This document shows, piece by piece, positions 12,801-22,085 of a stretch of 38,470 nucleotides of DNA (positions are counted from its first letter, which is position 1; every line of letters begins with the position of its first letter). Origin of the DNA: Asterionella formosa (lineage: Eukaryota); NCBI GenBank assembly GCA_002256025.1, contig NKIB01015063.1, positions 1 through 38,470 of the forward strand, in the 5' to 3' direction. A model generated the notes under the pieces. That model saw nothing but the letters and a program-made list of their open reading frames with translations. It was not told the DNA's origin and made no database searches. The translations under genes and the position numbers were made by a program.

Positions 12801-14129
12801 GCAACTACTGATCTGACCATTGCAGAAGATGAAATCCGTGAACTGAAGCTCGTTGACCTCAAAGAAGCCGAGGATACTATATCTTCCCTAGAGAACGAAG
12901 TGAAAATGCTTCGCAAGAAAACAACTGCCGTCTCCAGGAATGCTGCAGATACAACTGCCGACCTGGAATGTCAAGTCGCTCAGCTGAGAACGAAGACAAG
13001 CTCACTTGAACGATCACTTATAGACACTAAGCACATGCATGAAAAGACGGTCGAAAAGATGCAATCGGAACAAGCGTCTTTGAAGGAGGACAACTTGAGA
13101 CTAACAGCCGAGCTCCAAGAACGATTTGAAAAGTTGCAAGAAAGGCATTCAACGATTGCGTCAATGACAACAAATATATCGCAGTTAGAAGCCAACGAGC
13201 GACTGCTGCAATCGGAAATTGAGACCATGCGAGTGAGTGAAGCAAAGGTCAAGGGAGACTACGAGATTTTGGCGGTCGCACTTGAACACGAGATGCAAAA
13301 GCAGCAAATGAATCGCGAAGACCATTATCTTGAACGCCAAAAGCAGCAATCTGTCCTTTTGAAAGAGCTTGCTGATGCTGAAATGAAGATCAATTCCCAC
13401 CAGGAGCAAATGGCGTCGCTTGAAGCGGTCATTGACGAGCGGTCTAGGTTGTTGGCTGAAATGGTTTCGCACAATAAGGAGACGGAAGACGCCCTGGTCA
13501 AGGCCCAAGTCAAGCTATCTGATCTTGAGCTTGTTGCCGATAACAACCGGATCGAAAAGGAAAACGCCAAACTCGAAATCGATCGTTTAGTTGTCCTATT
13601 GCAACGAAAAGACGACCAATTCTTGGACACTTTACAGAACGAAAGACAGCGCCGTGAAATCGTCGAGGCAGACCTGGAGAATGCCATTGCTAGTGCCAGA
13701 CTTTCGAAAACTGACAATAAAGAGTTGGAAGAGCTCGAGAGGGAAAACGCGGTGCTCAAGGACAAAGTTCGCCGCCAAGAAGCCTATCTAAAACGAAAAT
13801 TGGAGAAAGACAAGGCGTTGAGGGATCGGACTATTCCCTGTGACAAGCTAGAAAAGGACAAGGGTTTGAGGGACCGAACATTTCCAAGTGACAGCATTTT
13901 TAAGGAAAGATCAGTGACTGCGATCAAGAACGTCATGGCAACGCCTTTGCAGAGCAAAATTCAATCAAAAATCGCTACACCTGCTCGTAGCAAGATTCCG
14001 TCGCCATCGAAACGGGGGCCGATCTCAATATCGCAAATCGCTGCACCAAGTTCTGGAAGATCCACAACCACGATTCAAACAGATTCATCGTCATTTCCTG
14101 ACGAATGGGATCTGAACTCATTGTACTGA
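9888..14129 (+). CDS. Long coiled-coil protein (1413 aa) with Ser/Pro-rich basic ends
   Basis: Uninterrupted 4242-bp ORF with an E/L/K/Q-rich, heptad-like composition over about 1280 aa and almost no Pro in the body. No motor or ATPase domain was seen. Confidence 0.9.
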   Translation: MNRARKLFGSPSAIKARREGKTSMSPSPTTKSSKEGTASRSDLEVTKMQGEINDLRGQLQSCADTELIRSQLMEQAKENKRKDQELRNLNDKFHEVHKGLLGVEEERQRLRLSMQRLENEKRKIQSQLDIREKEVLSLARRCSSQEEKMKEAAKMRASHGDLSNQVEDLRTSLSAKNKEILQIERLKQELEHSEASKQELQFRLSKLKKDHDDIAETLNSCFSSMQKMTDSHRDREEDRRREQQRAELDLEHQRLAHLEATADLRRELECRQTRIDQIENILKENMAISTALRKEHADATMIKEAALSAQKLEYEQQLASLQANHDSVLASSQEDNKALLKKVQEELNEKVTLIAALERELSICMQNMMAMSSDFEQLQSENEKTIISHRESLLIIEKEILSLREQATSNDVELTMMNFKLSNLESENSDLSKRLENVLARCAELEEENAFIMDLEEQLLEVNYEIVETEEEQIMAAEEHQLAMESLRAEYDNQRSMWSSMEKGLVERLTSLEKEKNEILDELKRFRVAANSSTADLEGRLKRSDDLAHSLNSTVEILRKALNEKDERVAAINATLEGERMKSMNHDDIMSALHLEIEDLRSNVEVQTVEMEKTLAEKAIEMRHLEEELSNERTLHLENKKKCLNLQAELDLTKDVSKRALDNMITAVQDKDNETQSLFTELEYERKISKERDIRCQNLDSDLFLLRQDNEKVVLESSVFATEKEQTIVAITAELRNLENEVTRKDEDYCTKILIKEQTIQHLEFSLNEQQNALEQLTFENQAIITDKKLLFEDLERERKKSVETESRIKCVEAALLKLRQDAKSSTLQLSTSIVEKDQKIQLLSSELTKLREDFRREGDALRAVIVTRDQSIMSLQEELDKKIASVEQLKLSKHVALSEKNTGITVMQNELDACRAKQAKDDEQKFLLLQEKENQIVSLKNEINISNETSLERNEASRKEILSLTSKLQRATTDLTIAEDEIRELKLVDLKEAEDTISSLENEVKMLRKKTTAVSRNAADTTADLECQVAQLRTKTSSLERSLIDTKHMHEKTVEKMQSEQASLKEDNLRLTAELQERFEKLQERHSTIASMTTNISQLEANERLLQSEIETMRVSEAKVKGDYEILAVALEHEMQKQQMNREDHYLERQKQQSVLLKELADAEMKINSHQEQMASLEAVIDERSRLLAEMVSHNKETEDALVKAQVKLSDLELVADNNRIEKENAKLEIDRLVVLLQRKDDQFLDTLQNERQRREIVEADLENAIASARLSKTDNKELEELERENAVLKDKVRRQEAYLKRKLEKDKALRDRTIPCDKLEKDKGLRDRTFPSDSIFKERSVTAIKNVMATPLQSKIQSKIATPARSKIPSPSKRGPISISQIAAPSSGRSTTTIQTDSSSFPDEWDLNSLY
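13797..13892 (+). repeat. In-frame 48-bp (16-aa) tandem duplication inside the coiled-coil gene
   Basis: KLEKDKALRDRTIPCD followed by KLEKDKGLRDRTFPSD. Confidence 0.9.
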
Positions 14130-14379
14130 TATAATAATAGGCCGCAATTTGTAGATCCATTATGGACTAAATTAATAGATTGAAAATATGGCTCAGAAGA
14201 CCTCTATGGGACTGCAGATGTAGAGGATACCCAACCCAATCTTTGTTGATCAAGGTCTTCATTCCTACCAGTTGCTTGTGTATGAGAAGAAGAAGCAGCA
14301 TAAGGGCAGGTCTTAACAGAGATACAAAAATTGAAAACTGCTGCTGCTACTTCTCACCATGGCATCATTTGATTCAGAC

Positions 14380-15760
14380 AATGAAACTTATTCTGCAGCA
14401 AGGAAACAGGATGACCAGAGGGTTGCAAGTTTCACTCTTGCTGTTTTTTCATCAACAACAAAGGGTCTTTGACAATGATAAAAGACCTGTTAATTCAACA
14501 GATGTAGCTACAACAACTACATCATATTTGTGTTCACTTTAAAGTCTCTGGATACAGGAACAAGACAAAGATGATCACTTTTACACTCATCAAGAATTAG
14601 TTAAAGACTTTTGATCTTCAAGACATGATGGGGTATATATCCAACAAACCAACAAAGTCTTTGAAAAGAAATGGAGCTCCGTTTACTCCTGAATCATAAA
14701 CAAGGAAGTCTCCACACCTACTATCAAAGAAACTTTCTACCACCAGAGAAGATATTGACAATGATTCTAGTATAGATTCTGAATTATCCCTTTCCCCATT
14801 GGCTGCTTTTCAATCCCCAGTCTCTGCTGATATTTTATTGGATGAGGATGATGATTCAGAAAAGTCCCAGATTATCATTAAGAAACACAGATGACCCCCA
14901 AAGGAAAAGAAAAAAGAAATGCTGCAACTGCTCCCAAATATATTAAGAAATTTCCCCGTAAAGCTGTTTGGGACAAGTTATTACATACTTACATGGACAT
15001 AGACAATGATACAGTTGGATCCATGGCATTCAAACACAACCAGTTTGAATACCATGGAATTGATGATAACTATTCCCTCACTTCTGATATGTTGGATATC
15101 AAACAATTTTCAGAAGTTATGGAATCTCTGAATGCATATTACAAGATCTGTTTCAATAATAACAAAGTTTCTGTTCAACATGATAATTTTAACATTTTCA
15201 CTCAGAACCAGCCTTATTGTTTGTACTATCATTTATGACTTCAACAGGTGCCACATTTCTGTGCCTACGCAGTACCAAGTTTAAGTGAGGGTGTTGCTAT
15301 GGACAATCTCATTCATAATCGTGCAGAGGATGAAGTTGCCAAGCTCCCTGTTCAACGAAAAAGGGAGAAAATATGGCAGCAATGAGTTTGAAAACATGTC
15401 CAAACAAGTGGTTGAATCTTCTAAAGAATTTTCAAAAGCAAATAACTGCCGTACACAAATGACATTACCCTCTCAAAGTTCCAACAAAGGATTTGTACAA
15501 GCAAGTTTTGTTGTAAAACAAGAGAAGGAACTAATGAATCTTGTAAGTATGTACCACGAAAAGTTAAAGATGCTCAGGCTCATGAATTAGCAAGCAATGA
15601 AGTGTCACAAAACTGCTGTGCTGGTATAGAGTATCAAGAGAATGTCAGTTTTGGTGAATTTTTTGAAGCCAAACTTTTTGAAGCCATGGATGCACTGCCA
15701 AAGAATTCTGTAGCTCTAATCCGGACAGCTGAGGATGATCCTAATCATAATTATTATACT
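14380..15760 (+). pseudogene. Disrupted ORF1 (accessory or DNA-binding protein) of Harbinger-like copy A
   Basis: Frameshifted pieces ETYSAARKQDDQ, KRNAATAPKY, QHDNFNIFTQNQPYCLYYHL and a helical tail. The N-terminal half is shared with copy B. Confidence 0.6.
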
Positions 15761-15818
15761 TCTACTTTTACTTGTTATCACCTTTTTTTCTTCCAGCTAT
15801 TTTCTGTCTGTATGCATG

Positions 15819-16020
15819 CTACATAAATCCTATTTCAGTCAGCTCACATCGTCGGCGCAGCACATCAGCTGGAGGTTGCCTAAACCCATTGTTGGTGACA
15901 ACATCAAGAATATTTTGCCAAATCTGTGCAGTACCTTGTACTCCATCTAACTTCCTGACACTTGGACAATAAATCTACCCAAGAGGAGCATTGAGCATTG
16001 GATCAACAAGCTCTAATGCG
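15819..16020 (-). pseudogene. C-terminal fragment of a Harbinger-like DDE transposase
   Basis: Manual translation DPMLNAPLG*IYCPSVRKLDGVQGTAQIWQNILDVVTNNGFRQPPADVLRRRCELTEIGFM* (stop 15819-15821). It converges on ORF1 and resembles PIF transposase tails. Confidence 0.55.
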
Positions 16021-16243
16021 ATCAGAAATTCAATTATATTAGCATGTTCTTTCTTTTTTTCATCATCCATGAAAACAACGAAGAAGTAGAAGATAGGTGC
16101 ATATGTTGTTGTTGATTGTTGCATCATTGTGATTCCGTTTTGATTCTATCATTGATGATGCGATCACTCACAATTGCATTCTTGTTTTCTTTCCGCTCAT
16201 TCTCAGCTTTAAAGGACCTTCTAAAAGGAATGTATCTACAGCT

Positions 16244-16850
16244 GTGAACTCTTCCAATGTGTTGGAAATACCCTGTTCTGACATTGATAGCCCCAGCTCT
16301 GTTGATTGTCGTGACTCTGATAATTACAACAGTACTAGCACATATGATTCCGATTCAAGGTATTTGTTACCTGCTTCCATCTTTGCACCTCATGCTGGAG
16401 CTCATGCTCATCATGCTGATTCCTGGATTCTTATGTCTCACTCAACTGCCAAAGACTATGCCAATGCAATTCGATCCAGCAATAAAGTTTTCGGATCACC
16501 AAAACAAACAAACTCTATTAAAAACCTGTTGCACAACACAAGCAAATCTACCAAGTCACCACTTACCATCATGTTTTTTGAATCCCTTGTTGAGAATGAA
16601 ACCTTGAGCTCCCTTGCTTCTTTCGACAACAATGATACTGACAATGGCAACCAACCAATCATCCATAGATTCTATCTAATCTGTCGTGGGCTAAGACGCA
16701 ACTCCACCAAAGAGATCATCAACACTGCTGTACTTTGGTTCGCAACCAAATTCTTCAAGAAAAAATCGCCCCTCATCCTAAAAAGTGGCTTCGTTGCAAC
16801 GGCAATTTACCAACCAAACACCGCCAAAACCAAGCTGAAAGACCTCTTCC
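16244..16850 (+). mobile_element. Truncated ORF resembling the N-terminal core-binding region of a Crypton-like tyrosine-recombinase element
   Basis: INTAVLWFATKFFKKK followed by YQPNTAKTKLKDLF resembles the YxPxT helix that precedes the YR domain in Crypton/DUF3504-type proteins. It is cut by the LINE, and no catalytic residues are present. Confidence 0.4.
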
Positions 16851-17968
16851 ATCGACAGAAAAACACACATTCAGGTTATATTTCCAGAACATAGCTAAGC
16901 GGTCCATCTTCAACGAAATGCAAAGGATCTGGATTATTATATGGAGACAATGAAAACCTTTCAAGTCAGTTTGTACGGCTGGGCTGAGACAAATACAAAC
17001 TGGCTCAACCCAGACACGCAGCATGAATATAGAGAAAGATCCACAAGAACATTTAAAACTGCAAAGAGTGTATTTTCTACAAGCTCCATGCCATCATCAT
17101 CGCACTACAAACCTGGTGGAACAGCAACAACCCTCATAGGAAAATGGAGTGGGAGAGCAGAACACAACTCAGGTATGGGTTGTTGGAGTTACTATCTAAC
17201 TCTGAAAGGAAAGAATAATGTAGTGATCACCATTATAATGGCATATAGAGTATCACAGCTGTCCATGCCAAAAATGGGGGATATCACCACATATCATCAG
17301 GAACACGCAATGGTATGTGCAAGGCAAATGGGCATGCCAGTAGCGGCAGTGCTAGATCACTCTGAAACACTTCGCCAAATGAACTACACAGTGAAAACAG
17401 TCTATGTAATCTCAGAATATTACTACTGCGGTACTGCTTCCCATCTTCTAGCTGGAACAGGACAAGGTAGCGAAGCCTCCCCAGCAGTTTGGTTAACCAT
17501 TTGTTCAGTAATCATCAATGCTTATTGTTTGGCAGCTACAAGGAAAATGAATTTCATTGACCCCACAGGAACCATCAGGTCAGAGAGAAGCCTAGACGCT
17601 ATTGAGGATGATACTTCAGTACTAGGACTGACAGATTACCCAGGGGGAAAGCCAATGTCAGCTCTTACAATGTTCAAGCTTCTGGAAAAATGTGCACAAA
17701 CATGGCAAAATATACTATTTGCATCAGAAGGAGCTCTGGAATTAAGCAAATGCTATTATTATATGATTCAATGGCACTGGGATGCCCAGGGCTACCAAAA
17801 AATGACAGAATTCAGAAAACACCTTGACAACCCAAGCAAACACAACTTTGGCTCCGGAGAATACCAGGCCCTGAATGAAACCTCAAGCACAGATCCAATT
17901 TAAGTTTTCATAAGAAATGAATCAGTTTGGGACAGCTCAAAAGTTCTGGGAGTCCTGATCCCGGTGAA
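16845..17968 (+). mobile_element. Non-LTR retrotransposon (LINE, Ambal-like) ORF2 remnant: AP endonuclease fused by internal deletion to partial reverse transcriptase
   Basis: Endonuclease motifs TFRLYFQNI, WAETNTNW, YKPGGT, GMGCWSY, IIMAYRV. RT motifs GTGQGSEASPAVW, AIEDDTS (degenerate YxDD), AQTWQNILFASEGALELSKCYYY, then KVLGVLIP. Confidence 0.9.
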
Positions 17969-19643
17969 AAGTTAACTTCATTTATTAAGCGCCTTAAGAC
18001 TACTCAAGTGTTAGTAGGGTAGCCCGCATGGCGCTTCCTGGCATTGACAGCCTAGGTTGTATAAAAATCTTAACCTACCCAGTATCAACCAAACAAATGT
18101 GGTGACTTTGGGTGCTGCAAGGCAGGGAAATGGTGGATACACTCTCTTGAATGAGAGTAGGGGAAATTTTGTGTTGTAAATGCCATATTCTGGCACTGGT
18201 GATTTAATCTACCCCCACATCTTGATGACTGAAGAGAAGGCAGATGGCTTGGTTTGATTTTTTTAATGAGGCATTTATTTGCCTCCCATGTCTTTGCCTT
18301 GTCTTTTGTGGTATTTATGGCAGACTCTGATAATATTGTGCAGCTTTGGTTATCTGTTTGGATCAAAATGAAATGTGGTGACATGATCATCATGACTTTT
18401 CTTGCATGAATAATGCATCATATTCCAGCCACTTTGTCAAGCTCCTTGAGTTTCTTGTTGTTTCTATTGATTCTTTCATGTGTTTGTAGCTCATTGCGTA
18501 CGCTGTAGTTATTGTGTAGCTCAAAGCGCCAGCGCAGACCCGCTTCTGATGCCAGGACATTGACAAATGCACTCTTCAATTGAATGATACATGTTGTTGC
18601 ATTCCATTCATTTTCGTCAAGCTCCTTGAGTTTTTGTTGTTTCTGTTGATTCTTTCATGTGTTTGTAGCTCATTGCGTACGCTGTAGTTATTGTGTAGCT
18701 CAAAGTGCCAGCGCAGACCCGCTTCTGATGCCAGGACATTGACAAATGCACTCTTCAATTGAATGATACATGTTGTTGCATTCCATTCATTTTCGTCAAG
18801 CTCCTTGAGTTTTTGTTGTTTCTGTTGATTCTTTCATGTGTTTGTAGCTCATTGCGTACGCTGTAGTTATTGTGTAGCTCAAAGTGCCAGCGCAGACCCG
18901 CTTCTGATGCCAGGACATTGACAAATGCACTCTTCAATTGAATGATACATGTTGTTGCATTCCATTCATTTTCGTCAAGCTCCTTGAGTTTTTGTTGTTT
19001 CTGTTGATTCTTTCATGTGTTTGTAGCTCATTGCGTACGCTGTAGTTATTGTGTAGCTCAAAGTGCCAGCGCAGCCCCGCTTCCGATGCCAGGACATTGA
19101 CAAATGCGCTCATCAATTGAATGATGCATGTTGTTGCATTCCATTCATTTTCGTCAATCTCCTTGAGTTTCTTGTTTCTGTTGATTCTTTCATGTGTTTG
19201 TAGCTCATTGCATACAGTGTAGAGATTTTGTAGCAAGAGAGGTCTGATATGATTGCACAGCTGTAAATATACATCGCCCTCCATGGTGAGAGGGGGTGCT
19301 TACCAGTGCTAGTAGGATCGCTGTGATAGTACTAACTTAGTTTCTTTTGTTTACATTTGGATGCTTTGACAAAGTTATGTACTTCTGGTGATAGTAGAGA
19401 GCAGGTAGAGTAATTGATTGTTCCACAAATATTTTGTTGAGAATGACAGTCGTTCTGCCTGGACCAGCACCAAGGTCAAAAACAATGAGAGAATTGATGG
19501 CAAGTAATTTAAATTCAGGTCCAGCATCAGTAACAGAAAAGTTGGCACAATGGAGCAATAGTTTGGCAAGACAGATACTCCCTCTGTCCAATATTAGTTG
19601 CATGGAGTTTTCAAAATTTTCCGGGGCCATTTTGACTCATACG
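17969..19643 (-). mobile_element. 1675-bp insertion of an unclassified element into the LINE, flanked by a 13-bp target-site duplication
   Basis: TGATCCCGGTGAA occurs at 17956-17968 and 19644-19656. Removing the insert restores the LINE frame VLGVLIPVNNDWTDKINRL. Bases 17972-18127 are the reverse complement of 23005-23160. Confidence 0.85.
18436..19222. repeat. Tandem array of about 4.4 units of 179-180 bp
   Basis: Units start GTCAAGCTCCTTGAGTTT (GTCAATCTCC in the last) at 18436, 18616, 18795, 18974 and 19153. Inner units are essentially identical and there are no variable spacers. Confidence 0.97.
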
Positions 19644-19770
19644 TGATCCCGGTGAATAATGACTGGACTGACAAGATAAATAGACTAAAAATGACTGGAC
19701 TGACAAGATAAATAGACTAGCAACAAAGACTGACAATCATGCCAGATTAACCATGTCACACAGGCACCGA
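19644..19770 (+). mobile_element. Continuation of the LINE ORF2 remnant after the insertion, with a 30-bp tandem duplication (19658-19687 and 19690-19719)
   Basis: Reads IPVNNDWTDKINRL[dup]ATKTDNHARLTMSHR. The duplicated unit is AATGACTGGACTGACAAGATAAATAGACTA. Confidence 0.7.
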
Positions 19771-20892
19771 TGATGCAATGCAGATTTATCACATTGTCTG
19801 CAAATAGAAACATTTAATTCATGTGATGCATCTTATAATGGTGATCATATGATCATATAAATTCGGTTTATCATCTAATATGAATAATATTTATTGTCTG
19901 AGAGAATATTGTAAGTATATGTATATTCATACATGTATGTTTTTGTTTTTACCATCACTGGCTGCAAACCATCAGCAACCATTCCATCTGAATTTGAATC
20001 ATTCATGTTGCAATAGGACAGTCGTACATGGGGATATGAATATATCTGTACCTTTTTATTGTAGAGAATAGATTTCCATATATTTCCATAGAATACAGGT
20101 ATATGGATATACATGTACGAGACTCCTTCTGTGTGAGTACTGGTACTGGTATATTGTGTGAGTTTGTTTCATCTAGCTATTGTTATTGTACAGCAGGTAC
20201 CGAAATGTTGTACATGTATTTTTGTAAGTAAACATACGCATACATTTGATTTGAATTTAAATCATGTCCATCGTTAGGATACCTACTACCAGTGCCGTAT
20301 ATATGTTGCACTGATATTTTTGTAAGTAAGCGTCCATACCGTATACGATTGATTTGAATTCAAGTCATGTCAATCACAGGGATAGGGTTAAGATGAGGGA
20401 GTGACGGAGAGTACCAGTACCTGGTACGCAACAGTCACACGTTCTTCTCGTACAAACAAGCAAGGGGGGGGGGGTACGCTATATCACAACGATCTCGTAC
20501 AAACAAGGTGACGTAGGGTTCTGTACACTCAAAAGATATCATACCGTTAATATCATATTATCGTATGATTACAACAGTTAACTTATAATTTATTATCACA
20601 TACTCACAATCACTAATAACTAAACCTATGATATTTTGATCACATTTATAAGATCAAATAAATGCACATAAAATAAAATGTTCTTGCTAATTTTTCTGAT
20701 ATATATTACTAAATATTTTATTACATTTATCCCCTCCAGCTGGTTGTCCTCCTCAATTGTTTAGGGATTGTTTTTGATGCTTCCATTTTGTTGTTTGTCT
20801 GTAATTTCTAGCATAACATGCCAGCCCAGCAAACTGCTATCCCTCAACCAAATTATGATTGGCTACGCAAATAGCACATCATGCTTTAATTG

Positions 20893-20920
20893 CAAAATCA
20901 AGATTTAAATCTTGATTTTG
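20893..20920. repeat. Perfect 28-bp palindrome
   Basis: CAAAATCAAGATTT|AAATCTTGATTTTG. Confidence 0.95.
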
Positions 20921-21218
20921 TTGATGAAATATTTGTCTCCTTTCCGGGTTTGTTTATCAGAAAAACGATTCTCGGATACTTTTTTACGCCATATCCGTGG
21001 ATTTTTTTGTCAGAACGTGCCTTTTCTTTCTTTTCAAATTTATTTTATTTTATCAGCCCGAAGGTACCTACTTTGCCTGGTAATGAACCTCGGCCCTCCG
21101 GAAGAGACTGAAACTCATTCTCGACTCTGGCGTTGTCGTTAGGCTCTCCTTCTGTTATACAGGTCTCTCGTTTTTAATCCTATGATAACAGCGCCACCGC
21201 TCCTATTACGTTTTTGAA

Positions 21219-22085
21219 ATGATTACGGACATAGATGGTCGTGACCAGCGCAATGAACTATCAATGTCGTGGAGCGAAACGGCCCTTGAATGGATGCAAC
21301 GATCTGAAATGCTCGAAGCCGATGCTGCGGTCCCCAAAGATCCGAAATCAGCAGCGTGGGCGTTTTTGCGTGCCAGGGAATCTTATGGAACAGGGTTATC
21401 ATTTATTGATTCTGTCATAAAGAATAATGCAGAGCACTTGTCCGTTGTTGAGCTTCGGGGTGGCAATGGAGTGGGAAAGACATGGACTTTAGTTACCCTC
21501 GCAGCTCGGTTCGTTGTGGCGACGAGAGCGACAAAGTTTCAGTCTATAACGTCCAATGATCTACCCCAAGTATTTTTTATGGACTCGTTACAAAGTGTGA
21601 AGATACAACACATCAAATCAGCTGTTAGAAGGGAATTACTACGAGATTTAGGCGATGACACGGCAATTCAATCAGAGTATTTGGAACTGGAAATTTGCAG
21701 TGCACTGCGACGGATTCGCATTATTTTTGGGGAAGGTGCGACCACGTGGGTTCCAACCTTGGAATCTCTTCGGCATGAACTTGCGGGAAAACCTTTTCCA
21801 ACTCTTGTCGCTTGGGATGGGTTTCTATCGGATGTACACGATGTCACTGGAACGCTGGAAGTTATTCGTCAGGTCAACCGCCTGACCAAGGAAACAACTG
21901 TGCAAATCATCACCACAACAGCATCCGGCCGATTCTATGCTGGGTGGGACAAGTGTGTTGACCATCGAATACGTTTGGAACGGATTGAGGCGGTCGATGC
22001 AGACAAGCACGAATTTATGGCTACCACAAGTCAACCCTTTGCACAACTTGCATATACTATCACTGGAGGGGGTATTTTAACGTAG
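21219..22085 (+). CDS. XRCC2: RecA/RAD51-family paralog, XRCC2-like DNA repair protein (alternative start ATG 21264)
   Basis: TGLSFID, then VVELRGGNGVGKT (Walker A, 21459-21482), VFFMDS and Walker B-like LVAWDG. The RAD51 N-terminal helical domain is absent, and an ETA motif near the N-terminus recalls XRCC2 orthologs. The family is secure; the paralog identity is less so. Confidence 0.7.
   Translation: MITDIDGRDQRNELSMSWSETALEWMQRSEMLEADAAVPKDPKSAAWAFLRARESYGTGLSFIDSVIKNNAEHLSVVELRGGNGVGKTWTLVTLAARFVVATRATKFQSITSNDLPQVFFMDSLQSVKIQHIKSAVRRELLRDLGDDTAIQSEYLELEICSALRRIRIIFGEGATTWVPTLESLRHELAGKPFPTLVAWDGFLSDVHDVTGTLEVIRQVNRLTKETTVQIITTTASGRFYAGWDKCVDHRIRLERIEAVDADKHEFMATTSQPFAQLAYTITGGGILT

Larger units (their letters stand above)
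14304..16030 (+). mobile_element. PIF/Harbinger-like DNA transposon, copy A (left end, ORF1 remnant, convergent transposase C-terminus); right part missing
   Basis: Starts TAA|GGGCAGGTCTTAACAGAGATACAAAAA, matching the left end of copy B (TTA|GGGCCAATCTTAACAGAGATACAAAAA at 25269). Region 14380-14940 is clearly homologous to 25628-26264. A TWA flank, a GGGC terminus and two ORFs are typical of PIF/Harbinger. Confidence 0.75.

Noticed and set aside
9981..13791. Short ORFs overlapping the coiled-coil gene, and similar ones over the PDZ-PH, helicase and MSI1 genes
   Set aside because: They are shadow frames of long real CDSs with no independent motifs.
9888..14129. Myosin, kinesin or SMC assignment
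   Set aside because: No motor head, Walker motifs or hinge; only generic coiled coil.
18200..18393. GIY-YIG endonuclease tail (CTILS..LIKKIKPS) implying a Penelope-like element
   Set aside because: Only a loose resemblance; no GIY/YIG motifs or the conserved terminal Asn were seen. Left open for a profile search.
18436..19222. CRISPR array or RT-associated repeat system (array beside a reverse transcriptase)
   Set aside because: Units are 179-bp head-to-tail copies with no unique spacers and no cas genes. The RT is a decayed eukaryotic LINE that the array-bearing insert disrupted, so the adjacency reflects insertion.
18436..19222. Hammerhead ribozyme or retrozyme monomers
   Set aside because: CTGATG is followed by CC rather than A, and I could not build the CUGANGA/GAAA core with flanking stems on either strand. 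An Infernal search would settle it.
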